Shown: piece by piece, positions 31,593-41,152 of the stretch | Position numbering within the stretch: the stretch's first letter is position 1 | How the letters are laid out: each line of letters opens with the position of its first letter | Assembly (NCBI GenBank): GCA_002928535.1 | Contig: PERG01000006.1 | Coordinates: forward strand, 19,376 to 83,375 | Direction of reading: 5' to 3' | Length of the DNA: 64,000 nt | From: Methylotenera sp. | Lineage (GTDB): Bacteria > Pseudomonadota > Gammaproteobacteria > Burkholderiales > Methylophilaceae | Notes under the pieces: generated by a model | What the model was told of the DNA's origin: nothing | Database searches by the model: none | The model's input: the letters and a program-made list of their open reading frames with translations, nothing else | Position numbers and translations under genes: made by a program

Positions 31593-32513
31593 ATGAAAAA
31601 TAAAAATATGCCCGAAAATCAAGCCAGCAGCAGTTTGCACAAAGCACACCCAAATATCGCGGTCTTCGGCTTGTTATTCGGTGCGTTGTGCTGGGGCATT
31701 ATCTGGTATCCATACCGCTTGATGGCAGAGGCGGGCGTGTCTGGTGTGGCATCTAGTTTTTATACCTACTGTATCGCCATCACGCTGGCGGGCTTATATT
31801 TTGCCCGCTACTGGCGAGGCATGTTTAATTTGCCGCTCAGTATCTTATGGCTGAGTGCCATTGCCGGCTGGACCAACCTGAGTTATGTACTGGCCGTGAT
31901 CGATGGCGAAGTCATGCGGGTGATGCTGCTGTTCTATTTATCGCCGCTATGGACCTTGATCCTGGCGCATTTCTGGTTAAAGGAAAAAACCTATCTGTCC
32001 GGCTATATCGCCATTGTCGTTTCGCTCATTGGCGCATTCGTCATGCTGTATGACCCGAAGTTAAGCAGCATTCCTATGCCGCGTAATGAAGCGGAATGGC
32101 TGGCACTTTCTTCAGGCATCGGCTTCTCGCTCACCAATGTGATTACGCGAAAATCCAGTCATTTAAGTATCCGGGCAAAATCGTTTGCGGTGTGGGTAGG
32201 GGTAGCAGGTATGGCATTATGTTTCCTGCCGTTTGTGAAAGACAGCTTTCCAGCCCCGGCCTTCTTTACAGTGACCAACTGGCTCATCATGGGCTTGATC
32301 GCATTGCTGTTACTGGCAGCCACATTGCTGGTGCAATATGGCGTGACCCAGATCAAGGCCACACGTGCTTCGGTGCTGTTCTTATTTGAGCTGGTGGTCG
32401 CTGCGATTGCGTCTTATTTTTTGGCAAACGAGACGATGACACTCACTGAATGGATTGGCGGCGGCCTAATCGTCATTGCCGCCGTGTTTGCGGCCTCCAA
32501 TTACAAAGATTAA
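31593..32513 (+). CDS. DMT/EamA-family transporter
   Basis: About 10 TM helices, WG..WYP.R, LLFYLSPLW..ILA, FELVVA. Confidence 0.85.
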   Translation: MKNKNMPENQASSSLHKAHPNIAVFGLLFGALCWGIIWYPYRLMAEAGVSGVASSFYTYCIAITLAGLYFARYWRGMFNLPLSILWLSAIAGWTNLSYVLAVIDGEVMRVMLLFYLSPLWTLILAHFWLKEKTYLSGYIAIVVSLIGAFVMLYDPKLSSIPMPRNEAEWLALSSGIGFSLTNVITRKSSHLSIRAKSFAVWVGVAGMALCFLPFVKDSFPAPAFFTVTNWLIMGLIALLLLAATLLVQYGVTQIKATRASVLFLFELVVAAIASYFLANETMTLTEWIGGGLIVIAAVFAASNYKD

Positions 32514-32537
32514 ATTCGCAAAGTGTAGGCCTGCTAT

Positions 32538-33632
32538 TTAACCGCCAAAGCCACCGCGTGAGCCTTCTGCTGCAAAGCGAATTTTGAGGGACAAGTCATT
32601 GCGCGAATCGGCATTGGCCAATGCGTTATCCTCATCAATTTTGCCATCAGAGAAGAGCTTGAATAATGACTGATCAAAGGTATTCATGCCGATGTCATTA
32701 TTATCTGCCATGATTTCCTTCATCTCGCTCATTTTCTGTTTCTGGATGAGCTCTGCCATGTAAGGCGTGTTGATCATGACTTCGATCGCGGCTACCCGTT
32801 TACTTTGCTTGCCTGGAACCAGACGTTGCGAAATGATCGCAACCAGATTCATGGATAAACCGAGCAACAGGCCCGGTTTAGATTCATCTGGGAAAAAAGA
32901 AATAATACGTTCCAAAGCTTGGTTGGCATTGTTGGCGTGTAAAGTAGCCAGGCATAAGTGGCCGGTTTCAGCATATGCCATGGCGTTTTTCATGCCATCC
33001 ATATCACGGACTTCACCGATAAGAATTACATCAGGCGCCTGGCGCATGGCATTTTTCAAGCCATTTTCAAATGAAAGCGTATCTATGCCGACTTCGCGCT
33101 GGTCAACAATGGATTTTTTATGTGGATGTACAAATTCAATCGGGTCTTCAAGTGTCAAAATGTGACCGGTTGAGGTGGCATTACGGTGATCAATCATCGC
33201 AGCTAAAGAGGTCGATTTACCTGAGCCCGTAGCACCGACCATCAAAATCAAACCGCGTTTACGCTGGATCAGGTCTTTCAACACCAGCGGCAGCCCTAAG
33301 GTTTCAATCGATGGAATATCGGTTTTGATATGACGAATCACCATGCCCACTTCACCGCGCTGGCGGAACACGTTGATACGGAAACGGCCGACATCCTTTT
33401 TACTAAGCGCAAAGTTGGATTCCAGGGTGGCTTCAAATTCCTTAATTTGGGAAGGGCTCATAATGGAGTAAGCAATTTCCTTGATCATGCCTGGCACCAT
33501 GAGTTGTGCATTAATCGGCACGGTATCGCCTTCAACTTCCATGTGAATCGCTGCGCCGGAACTGAAAAACAAATCCGACCCGCCTTTATCTAGCATGAAT
33601 TTCAAGATCGGGGTGATATCAATCGCAGCCAT
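32538..33632 (-). CDS. pilU: Type IV pilus retraction ATPase PilU/PilT family
   Basis: GATGSGKSTS, TLEDPIE, QREVG.DT, RQAPDVILIGE, ETGHLCLATLHANNA. Confidence 0.85.
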   Translation of the reverse strand: MAAIDITPILKFMLDKGGSDLFFSSGAAIHMEVEGDTVPINAQLMVPGMIKEIAYSIMSPSQIKEFEATLESNFALSKKDVGRFRINVFRQRGEVGMVIRHIKTDIPSIETLGLPLVLKDLIQRKRGLILMVGATGSGKSTSLAAMIDHRNATSTGHILTLEDPIEFVHPHKKSIVDQREVGIDTLSFENGLKNAMRQAPDVILIGEVRDMDGMKNAMAYAETGHLCLATLHANNANQALERIISFFPDESKPGLLLGLSMNLVAIISQRLVPGKQSKRVAAIEVMINTPYMAELIQKQKMSEMKEIMADNNDIGMNTFDQSLFKLFSDGKIDEDNALANADSRNDLSLKIRFAAEGSRGGFGG

Positions 33633-33890
33633 GGAAAATCCTATTAAGTCTTTTAATTATTTGAAGATGGTTTTTCGTGACTTTAGCATAAATCTCTGCA
33701 TCATCTGCAAGCATAAGGCAGCAATACATGAAGGGATTTAAATGATCTGCGGCTGTTGTAGTTTATGATTTAAAGCAAGGATTTGATGGAAATTAGTGTA
33801 TGTATTTAGCAATCACTAGTTATGTGTGCTATGCGAAAGGCCACACTAAGAATGCATTACCAATTTCTCACTAATACTTAATATATTGAT

Positions 33891-34805
33891 TTAATGATTA
33901 ACGCTTAGCCCATGATTTAATGATGTTTTGTATTCTTCCTCTGCTTGCCTAATATTTTCATCTTCAATCATTTTTTGGAATAGCAATGCAGATGCTTTAT
34001 CAATCTGTTGCCATATTTTCACTTCATTTACTTCATGGTGATTTCTGAAGGCATTGAAATCATATTGGCCTGCTTGCTTAAAATGTTTTTCTGCAAATTC
34101 GCGATCAAGTAAGTAGTTTTTATATTTTACCCAGATGTATTCTGCAAACTCTGCCGGCTCATCATCTTCCATCTCATCAATTTCCAGTAACACTATGGCC
34201 ATTACCAATGATTGCTGATCAATGCCGAGCATCCAGGCCAGCCAAATTGCATTGACCCATCCGCTGAATTGCTTTCCGAAGGCTAAAGCCCAAACGTTTT
34301 CTTCGGTATCACCTTTTGCGACCTCGTAGCCCATCAATATAGAGGCGTCATGAGATGAGGTATTATTAAAATGATTACCCATTTCCACCTCTAGGCTAAT
34401 CACTTGGTAATTAATCATCTGGCCATATTCGTATAAGGCTTTTGGAATATCGACATAGCGGAGTTGATTGTCTACAGCTTCAATTTTTAGAATGTTCTTA
34501 CCATCTGTAATTCGTGGATAGATATGGCCATGGTAATAACGGTACATATACATGGCTTTGTCATCGGCATGCAAATCTACCAAGGCGCCTGGGCTTACAT
34601 ATTCGACTTCAAAGCTAAAAATTCTGCCGATTGATTTCATTAAGTCTTCAATCCGCCCGACCATTGAACACTTTTCTGGCATTTTGAGTTCATGGAATAA
34701 CCTGACGTAACTAGGATAATTACGTAACACCGTAGTCGCTTCTACAGATGAATATAGCGTCTCTTTAGATTCTTTTGGTCCGATAAACCATGTGCTGCTG
34801 TCCAT
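33891..34805 (-). CDS. Hypothetical protein
   Basis: 304-aa ORF with RBS AGGGGAA upstream; no family confidently recognised. Confidence 0.7.
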   Translation of the reverse strand: MDSSTWFIGPKESKETLYSSVEATTVLRNYPSYVRLFHELKMPEKCSMVGRIEDLMKSIGRIFSFEVEYVSPGALVDLHADDKAMYMYRYYHGHIYPRITDGKNILKIEAVDNQLRYVDIPKALYEYGQMINYQVISLEVEMGNHFNNTSSHDASILMGYEVAKGDTEENVWALAFGKQFSGWVNAIWLAWMLGIDQQSLVMAIVLLEIDEMEDDEPAEFAEYIWVKYKNYLLDREFAEKHFKQAGQYDFNAFRNHHEVNEVKIWQQIDKASALLFQKMIEDENIRQAEEEYKTSLNHGLSVNH

Positions 34806-35164
34806 TTAATTCCCCTAAAACAGGCAAAATAGAACCAGTAATATTGAAAAGATTTTTACTGGTTGTATTGAATACACTGAACATGTGCAACATGTATACC
34901 AAATATGAGTAATGCGTAAGAACGAGAATAGCGGTGATATAAAAGCGGTTTAATTTAGGGTAATGGTTCGCCACAACGGCCTTGTGGCTTATGGCTAGAG
35001 CTTTTTATTTAGGTATTTGTTTTACTACTAGATATTTTTCTTAAAGCTGGTAAAACTTAATTCAAGTTAAATCCAACCTTTACTTGTCGAATTTTTGACT
35101 TTACTGACAAAAAAGGCACTTTTTAATTTTTCTAAAAGATTGGTTCTGCAAATCATTACTCGTT

Positions 35165-35206
35165 ATGCGCTCCATCGCACAGACAAACAAAACTGCTTAA
35201 CATAAT
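35165..35206 (+). promoter_or_regulatory. Conserved promoter/operator of small lipoprotein copy 1
   Basis: TGCG...CGCACA-N19-CATAAT, with the same spacing as 50414-50452. Confidence 0.5.
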
Positions 35207-35243
35207 CTATATCCTGGGAGTCTTTAACTTAAGGAGTTCTCTT

Positions 35244-35480
35244 ATGGAAAAGTTTAATGTTTGGAAAATATTGGCGCTAACTACTGTCGTCATTAGTGTC
35301 GGATGTACAGCACCTAGGCCACATAGCTCGGGAGCGAGTGCTAATGACGCAAATACGTCTGGATCAGGCGATGCCCGAACTGGGGCAGGCACAGGTACTG
35401 GCGGTACAGAGACAGAAAGCTCTGGTACAGGTAATGCTACTAGCGGAGCTGGCACTGGAACTGGCCGCACGGGTAAATAG
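35244..35480 (+). CDS. Small Gly/Ser/Thr-rich lipoprotein (copy 1)
   Basis: RBS AAGGAG, signal peptide ending ISVG-C, 47/78 ungapped identities to 50497..50733. Confidence 0.85.
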   Translation: MEKFNVWKILALTTVVISVGCTAPRPHSSGASANDANTSGSGDARTGAGTGTGGTETESSGTGNATSGAGTGTGRTGK

Positions 35481-35490
35481 CGATATCCAT

Positions 35491-35537
35491 AGAGAGTCTG
35501 GGGTACTTCAAGTATGACTTGTAATCGTAGACTCTCT
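35491..35537 (+). other. Conserved 3' hairpin after lipoprotein copy 1
   Basis: AGAGAGTCT...AGACTCTCT stem; homologous element at 50745-50799. Confidence 0.6.
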
Positions 35538-35865
35538 CATTAAATGATTTTGAATTAAATGATTTTGGCTCAACGCATTAGCTTTATTGCATCCCCTCTA
35601 AATTCAAAACACTGCTGAATTTGTTTTGCTCCTATCGCACTTAAACTAATCATTAGCCATTGAATTGGTTAATGATTAATTTATCTCCCTTAATCTACAA
35701 GCAGACAGTATTGCCGTTAGCAGATTAAATCTGTATGTTATGCATAAAAGATTGTGATTAATGTGTTTGTAAGCCTATATTCATGTAATTGAGGGGTATT
35801 GTTCAGCGATAAAAGTATTTTTTATTAATGTGGAACAGGATAATAGTAACTAACAAAATCCATTC

Positions 35866-37899
35866 ATGAAGAAAATTAATCCTCATATTTTAGAAAGCGA
35901 TCAACATCTTCGAACATTAATTGATAACTTTCCATTCATGGTTTGGCTGAAGGATGTCGACAGTAGGATATTGGCTGCCAACGCAGCCTACGCAAATATG
36001 GTAGGCGTTTCTTCCGCAGCAGAGCTCACAGGTAAGACAGATTTTGACTTTTTCCCGACTGACTTAGCACAGCAATATGTAGATGGCGATCAAGAGGCCA
36101 TGCGCAGTAAAACCCCGATAGGGATCGTCATTCACATCAAAGATTCAGATGGCAACTATTGTTGGATTGAATCCTATAAATCCGCTTTGGTCACGGATGG
36201 TAAAGTGGTCGGTTCTCTTGGCTATGCACGGGATATCACTGAGAACATACAAAGAGAAAAAGAGTATCAATCCCTGGTAGAAAGCTTCCCCAATTCTGTT
36301 ACAAGATTCAATAGCGACTGTGAACGCATTTTCCTAAATAGTAAAAATGCTCAATTTTTTGAATTGGACACAGAGTCTTTGTTAGGCACTACGCCGACTG
36401 ACATTCCTGGAGGAAATTCGGCAATAGTGCTTGAAGAAAAAATCAGGGAAGTCTTCCAGAATGGCCTGAACCAGAACGTCGCTTTAGAAGTGACGATGAA
36501 AGACGGTAGGCAAAAAATTATGGATATTGTACTTGCCCCAGAGTTCAATGCTGAGAATAAGGTAAAAGCTGTCATTGCAGTGGGTCAGGACGTGACCGAG
36601 TCGTACGAGAGCCAAAAACGCATTAATAACTTAGCTTATTACGATCCACTCACTAAATTACCAAACCGGATTTTGTTTCTTGAGCAACTTGAGGCGAGTA
36701 TTAAGAAAACGAGCCTGAAAAGTTTCTCTTTTGCAGTTTTAATGCTCGATTTAGACGGGTTTAAAGAGGTGAACGACTTACTGGGGCATGCAGTTGGGGA
36801 CATGTTGTTACGTGAGTCTGCAAGGCGCTTGGAAAGCTGCCTAAGGTCTACGGATACAGTGGCGCGTCTAGGTGGTGATGAGTTTGCAATCTTGCTATCC
36901 AATATTCATGAAAATGAAAATGCGGGAAAAATAGCGCACAAAATACTTGAGTCTTTAAAAAAACCAATTGTGATTGATGGTTCAGAGTTATTTATTACCG
37001 CAAGCATCGGTATCGTCATTTGCCCTTACCATAGCAGGCAAGCCAGTGATCTGGTGAAGTTTTCTGACATCGCAATGTATCAAGCAAAAAAGCAAAGGAA
37101 TAACTTCCAATATTACTCTTCTGAAATGACCCAAAAAGCAGTTGAGCGCAATGATATTGAGAGCTCTCTTCGTCGCGCGCTTCAGAACGATGAATTTTTA
37201 CTGCATTATCAGCCGCAAATCAATCTGCAAACGGGTAAAACGATAGGCGTAGAAGCGTTATTACGTTGGAATAGACACCATCGTGAAATGATCGCTCCAG
37301 ATCGGTTTATCGGTATAGCAGAAGACTCAGGAATCATTATCGACATCGGGCAATGGGTCATGCTCACAGCGTTTAGTGCTGCCGTAAAGTGGAATACAGG
37401 GCTGGAAGCGCCAATTACTGTGGCAATTAATTTGTCGAGCCGTCAATTCATCCATAACGATCTCTTAAGTACAATCAAACTTGCTTTAGAGCAAACCAAA
37501 TGCAACCCTCGTTGGATTACCTTAGAAATCACCGAGAGCTTGTTACTTCATGATAGCGATAAGATTAGAAAAATCTTAAAAAGCCTGGATAAAATGGGCT
37601 TTAGGATATCGCTTGATGATTTCGGCACCGGTTATTCGGCACTGAGTTATTTAAACAAATTTCCAGTCAGTGAGATCAAAATTGACAAATCTTTTGTGCA
37701 AGGCATTGTAGATAACCCTGATCATGGGCTGGTGATCCAAGCGATCATCTTGATGGCGAAAAGTCTTGGTAAGGATTTGGTAGCTGAAGGTGTTGAAACT
37801 GTTGAACAATCAGAGTTTTTATTGAAGCTGGGATGTCAAACAGTCCAGGGTTTTCTTTATAGTAAGCCTAAGCCATTCAATGAAATTGTCATCCTTTAA
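35866..37899 (+). CDS. PAS-PAS-GGDEF-EAL c-di-GMP signalling protein
   Basis: GKTDFDFFP PAS, YDPLTKLPNR, RLGGDEF, VEALLRW, DDFGTGYS, AEGVET. Confidence 0.93.
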   Translation: MKKINPHILESDQHLRTLIDNFPFMVWLKDVDSRILAANAAYANMVGVSSAAELTGKTDFDFFPTDLAQQYVDGDQEAMRSKTPIGIVIHIKDSDGNYCWIESYKSALVTDGKVVGSLGYARDITENIQREKEYQSLVESFPNSVTRFNSDCERIFLNSKNAQFFELDTESLLGTTPTDIPGGNSAIVLEEKIREVFQNGLNQNVALEVTMKDGRQKIMDIVLAPEFNAENKVKAVIAVGQDVTESYESQKRINNLAYYDPLTKLPNRILFLEQLEASIKKTSLKSFSFAVLMLDLDGFKEVNDLLGHAVGDMLLRESARRLESCLRSTDTVARLGGDEFAILLSNIHENENAGKIAHKILESLKKPIVIDGSELFITASIGIVICPYHSRQASDLVKFSDIAMYQAKKQRNNFQYYSSEMTQKAVERNDIESSLRRALQNDEFLLHYQPQINLQTGKTIGVEALLRWNRHHREMIAPDRFIGIAEDSGIIIDIGQWVMLTAFSAAVKWNTGLEAPITVAINLSSRQFIHNDLLSTIKLALEQTKCNPRWITLEITESLLLHDSDKIRKILKSLDKMGFRISLDDFGTGYSALSYLNKFPVSEIKIDKSFVQGIVDNPDHGLVIQAIILMAKSLGKDLVAEGVETVEQSEFLLKLGCQTVQGFLYSKPKPFNEIVIL

Positions 37900-38076
37900 G
37901 ATACGTTTTACTTCAATACGTTGCGGCATCAGCCAATCCTTTGGATTAACAGCATTAAACGACCCCCTGAGGGCTTGCAGTTATGCATGCTCATCAATCT
38001 AATCTTTTGGGATATATACTTTTTCTTGGAAGCAACGCGGACCAAATAGCTTAAATATCCTAGTTAAATTAATTTC

Positions 38077-38116
38077 TTGCATTTTATGATGGTTATCATA
38101 TATGATGATCATCATG
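38077..38116 (+). promoter_or_regulatory. TetR autoregulatory promoter with two tandem operators
   Basis: TTGCAT(-35)...TATGAT(-10); palindromes TATGAT-GGTT-ATCATA (38085-38100) and TATGAT-GATC-ATCATG (38101-38116). Confidence 0.7.
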
Positions 38117-38701
38117 AAAAAAGCAATCGCTAAACTCAAGCCTACCAGTCGTAAAGAAATTACACATACACGCATTGTAGAAACTGCTGCACGTGCAATC
38201 CGTAGAAGTGGCTACGATGGCACGGGCGTGGCCGATATCATGAAAGAAGCAGGTCTCACCCATGGCGGGTTTTATGCGCATTTCGCTTCTCGTGATGCAA
38301 TGCTTGCAGAGGCTGCAGATCATGCGGGGGCAGAAACTATTGCTCTTGCTGAAAGAATTTTTGCTGAAGTTCCTGGCGAGCAAGCATTGCAGGCTTTGAT
38401 GAATGCTTATTTATCCAGTGAGCATTTGGCTAACATTGAATCAGGGTGTTCCTTAGCAGCCTTAGGTTCGGAAATGCCGCGCCAGGCACCAGAGGTAAGA
38501 AAAGCTTCGACATGCAGGATTAAGGAAATGATAGGTCTTATTAAAAGTAAACTAACAGACCAATCAAATGCATATGAAGAATCGCTTGTAACGTTATCGA
38601 CTATGGTTGGAACAATATTATTAGCCCGTGCAGTTGAAGATCCTGAGCTTAGCGAAGATTTCCGCCAGGCAACTTTAAAACACTTTAATGCCAAAGAATG
38701 A
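38114..38701 (+). CDS. TetR/AcrR-family regulator
   Basis: GVADIMKEAGLTHGGFYAHFASRD helix-turn-helix; start ambiguous (38102-38114). Confidence 0.92.
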   Translation: MKKAIAKLKPTSRKEITHTRIVETAARAIRRSGYDGTGVADIMKEAGLTHGGFYAHFASRDAMLAEAADHAGAETIALAERIFAEVPGEQALQALMNAYLSSEHLANIESGCSLAALGSEMPRQAPEVRKASTCRIKEMIGLIKSKLTDQSNAYEESLVTLSTMVGTILLARAVEDPELSEDFRQATLKHFNAKE

Positions 38702-38740
38702 TTATTTTCTTAATAATGCCCTTTGGCTTTTTTTGACCAT

Positions 38741-38762
38741 AAATATGATGACTATCATATTT
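38741..38762 (+). promoter_or_regulatory. Third TetR-type operator upstream of the SDR gene
   Basis: AAATATGAT-GACT-ATCATATTT palindrome lying between TTGACC (-35) and CATATT (-10). Confidence 0.75.
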
Positions 38763-38802
38763 TCTAGTATTTTTTAATTATTGAATGAAATGGAGATGCA
38801 AC

Positions 38803-39630
38803 ATGAAAAGTAAGATCGCAATAGTGACAGGCGCATCATCAGGGATCGGTGCGGCTACTGCAGAGTTACTCGCAACTTCTGGTTATAAAGTGTATGGAAC
38901 GAGTCGTAAGGGAGCGCAAGCCGCCCAACGTTCATACAAGATGATTGCGCTCGATGTGAATAGCGAGGCATCAATAGATACTGCCTTGAAAGAAGTAATC
39001 CAGTTTGAAGGCCGGATTGATTTATTGGTGAATAACGCAGGCTTCGGTATAGCACCGGGTGGCGCCGAAGAGAGTTCAATTGAACAAACCAAGATGCTAT
39101 TTGAGACCAACTTTTTCGGTATGGTACGCATGACGCGTGCGGTTGTACCTTGGATGAGAAAACAGGGCGAAGGCCGCATTATCAACATCGGTTCCATTCT
39201 AGGGCTGATCCCGGCACCTTACATGGCAACCTATGCCGCGACTAAACATGCCGTTGAGGGGTTTTCAGAATCACTAGACCATGAGCTGCGCACAAGAGGT
39301 ATCCGCGTTTCTGTGGTTGAACCTGGTTATACCAATACGCAGTTTGAAGCCAACACACAAGAAGTAGACGCTAAATTAGATGAATACACGATGGCGCGGA
39401 AAGCACTGGCGAAGATCATTAAAGTCGCTGTCGCCAAGGGTGACGAACCTAAAGTTGTTGCTGATGTTGTTTTGAAAGCCGCCAATGCCAAAAATCCTAA
39501 GCGCCGTTACGCTGCAGGTAAATTAGCCTGCCGCTTGAGTTTTTTAAGAAGGTTTGCGCCTGCTGCATTGGTAGATATGGGCATACGCAAAGAAATGAAA
39601 CTTGATTCACTTCACAAACTAGCTAACTAA
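38803..39630 (+). CDS. Short-chain dehydrogenase/reductase
   Basis: TGASSGIG, NNAG, YAATK, VEPG. Confidence 0.92.
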   Translation: MKSKIAIVTGASSGIGAATAELLATSGYKVYGTSRKGAQAAQRSYKMIALDVNSEASIDTALKEVIQFEGRIDLLVNNAGFGIAPGGAEESSIEQTKMLFETNFFGMVRMTRAVVPWMRKQGEGRIINIGSILGLIPAPYMATYAATKHAVEGFSESLDHELRTRGIRVSVVEPGYTNTQFEANTQEVDAKLDEYTMARKALAKIIKVAVAKGDEPKVVADVVLKAANAKNPKRRYAAGKLACRLSFLRRFAPAALVDMGIRKEMKLDSLHKLAN

Positions 39631-39656
39631 ATAGCTATCAACGAGAGGAAACCATC

Positions 39657-40037
39657 ATGAAATTATTATCTTTTTATCGGCTTTCAGTATTCAGTTCAAT
39701 CCTATTTACAGTATTGGCTTTCATCTTGATGTTTGCGCCAGTTCTAATGCTATCCGCCTGGGGCGTAGAATTAACAGATTCGGTAGGGTTGGTTACCAGG
39801 CGAATTGCAGCACTTTACACTGGCATTGCTGTGATGTATTTCTTGGCAAGAAATGCTGAGTATTCAGCCACCCGTACGGCACTAATCGTCGGCACCATTA
39901 CCGCCTGCTTAATATTAGCGATCCTTGGTGTTTATGAGTTTGCTGCAGGGCATGCATCAAATGGCATCTTGTTATCTGTCTTGATTGAAGTCTTCCTCAT
40001 ACTGGCATTTCTATATGTCGGCACGCGCAAGAAATAA
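39657..40037 (+). CDS. Small 4-TM membrane protein
   Basis: Four hydrophobic segments, RBS GAGAGG, operonic position. Confidence 0.75.
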   Translation: MKLLSFYRLSVFSSILFTVLAFILMFAPVLMLSAWGVELTDSVGLVTRRIAALYTGIAVMYFLARNAEYSATRTALIVGTITACLILAILGVYEFAAGHASNGILLSVLIEVFLILAFLYVGTRKK

Positions 40038-40058
40038 AATACCTTTAAAAAGGATGAA

Positions 40059-41063
40059 ATGATGAAAGCATTTATCTTGAAACGTTACGGCAAATCCGAT
40101 CAGCTTTCGTTTGCAGACATCCCACGGTCTGCTATCAAGCCAAACGAAATGCTTGTACAAGTACACGCCGTCGGATTGAATCCGATCGATAACATGATTC
40201 CAAAAGGAATGTTTAAGCCCATTCTCAAGTATAAACTTCCGGCTACGATGGGTAGTGATCTGGCTGGCATTGTTGTTGAGGTCGGCGGGCAGGTGACCCA
40301 TTTCAAGCCGGGCGATGCTGTATTTGCCAGTATCTTTGATCTAGGCACAGGAGCACTTGCAGAATTTGCTGTTGTGCCTGAGCACGCTGCCGCGTTCAAA
40401 CCGGAAAACCTGGACTTTATACAAGCAGCTTCGATCCCTATGGTTGGCCTTACATCTTGGCAAGCACTTAAAGAACGAGCAGGACTAAAGTCGGGCCAGA
40501 AAGTATTCATCCCTGCGGGTTCAGGCGGTATTGGCACGTTCGCGATTCAGTTTGCAAAACATCTGGGCGCAAAAGTGGTGACAACCACCAGTACCAATAA
40601 CTTGAGCCTGGTTCAACGCCTCGGAGCCGATGAGGTGATTGATTACAAGAAGCAGGCGTTTGAGGATGTGCTTCAAGACTATGATGTGGTACTCGGCACT
40701 GTCAGGGGCGACATAATCGAGAAATCCTTACGCATATTGAAACCCAATAGCGTAATTGTCTCGCTCGTCGGCCCTCTGGACACTGCATTTGCTAGTGCCA
40801 GAGGCTTGAACTTCCTCATGAAGTTCGTGTTCGGCTTAATGAGCCGCAAGATCATTCGCCAAGCGCGGAAACGCAATGTTGGGTACTCATTCCTGTTCGT
40901 ACATCCTGATGGTCACCAGCTCGCAGAGATCGGCAAAATTATCGAAGCAGGGCACATTGTTCCGGTAATCGATAAGGTATTTCCGTTTGATCAAACAAAA
41001 GAGGCGCTTGCCTATCTGGAACAAGGCCGGTCAAAAGGCAAGGTAGTTGTTAGCGTCATTTGA
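40059..41063 (+). CDS. NADP-dependent MDR-family oxidoreductase
   Basis: GLNPID, GSDLAG, AGSGGIGT, KGKVV. Confidence 0.88.
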   Translation: MMKAFILKRYGKSDQLSFADIPRSAIKPNEMLVQVHAVGLNPIDNMIPKGMFKPILKYKLPATMGSDLAGIVVEVGGQVTHFKPGDAVFASIFDLGTGALAEFAVVPEHAAAFKPENLDFIQAASIPMVGLTSWQALKERAGLKSGQKVFIPAGSGGIGTFAIQFAKHLGAKVVTTTSTNNLSLVQRLGADEVIDYKKQAFEDVLQDYDVVLGTVRGDIIEKSLRILKPNSVIVSLVGPLDTAFASARGLNFLMKFVFGLMSRKIIRQARKRNVGYSFLFVHPDGHQLAEIGKIIEAGHIVPVIDKVFPFDQTKEALAYLEQGRSKGKVVVSVI

Positions 41064-41152
41064 TTACTAGTCGCTTTGCGTGTTAAACGAGTTGATTATG
41101 CATGAATGCGTATAATCAACGGTTCTTAAGATGAACAGGCATTATCCCAGCA

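Noticed and set aside
34765-34974. 69-aa minus-strand ORF upstream of the 304-aa hypothetical gene
   Set aside because: No RBS, overlaps the next gene out of frame and has no recognisable features.
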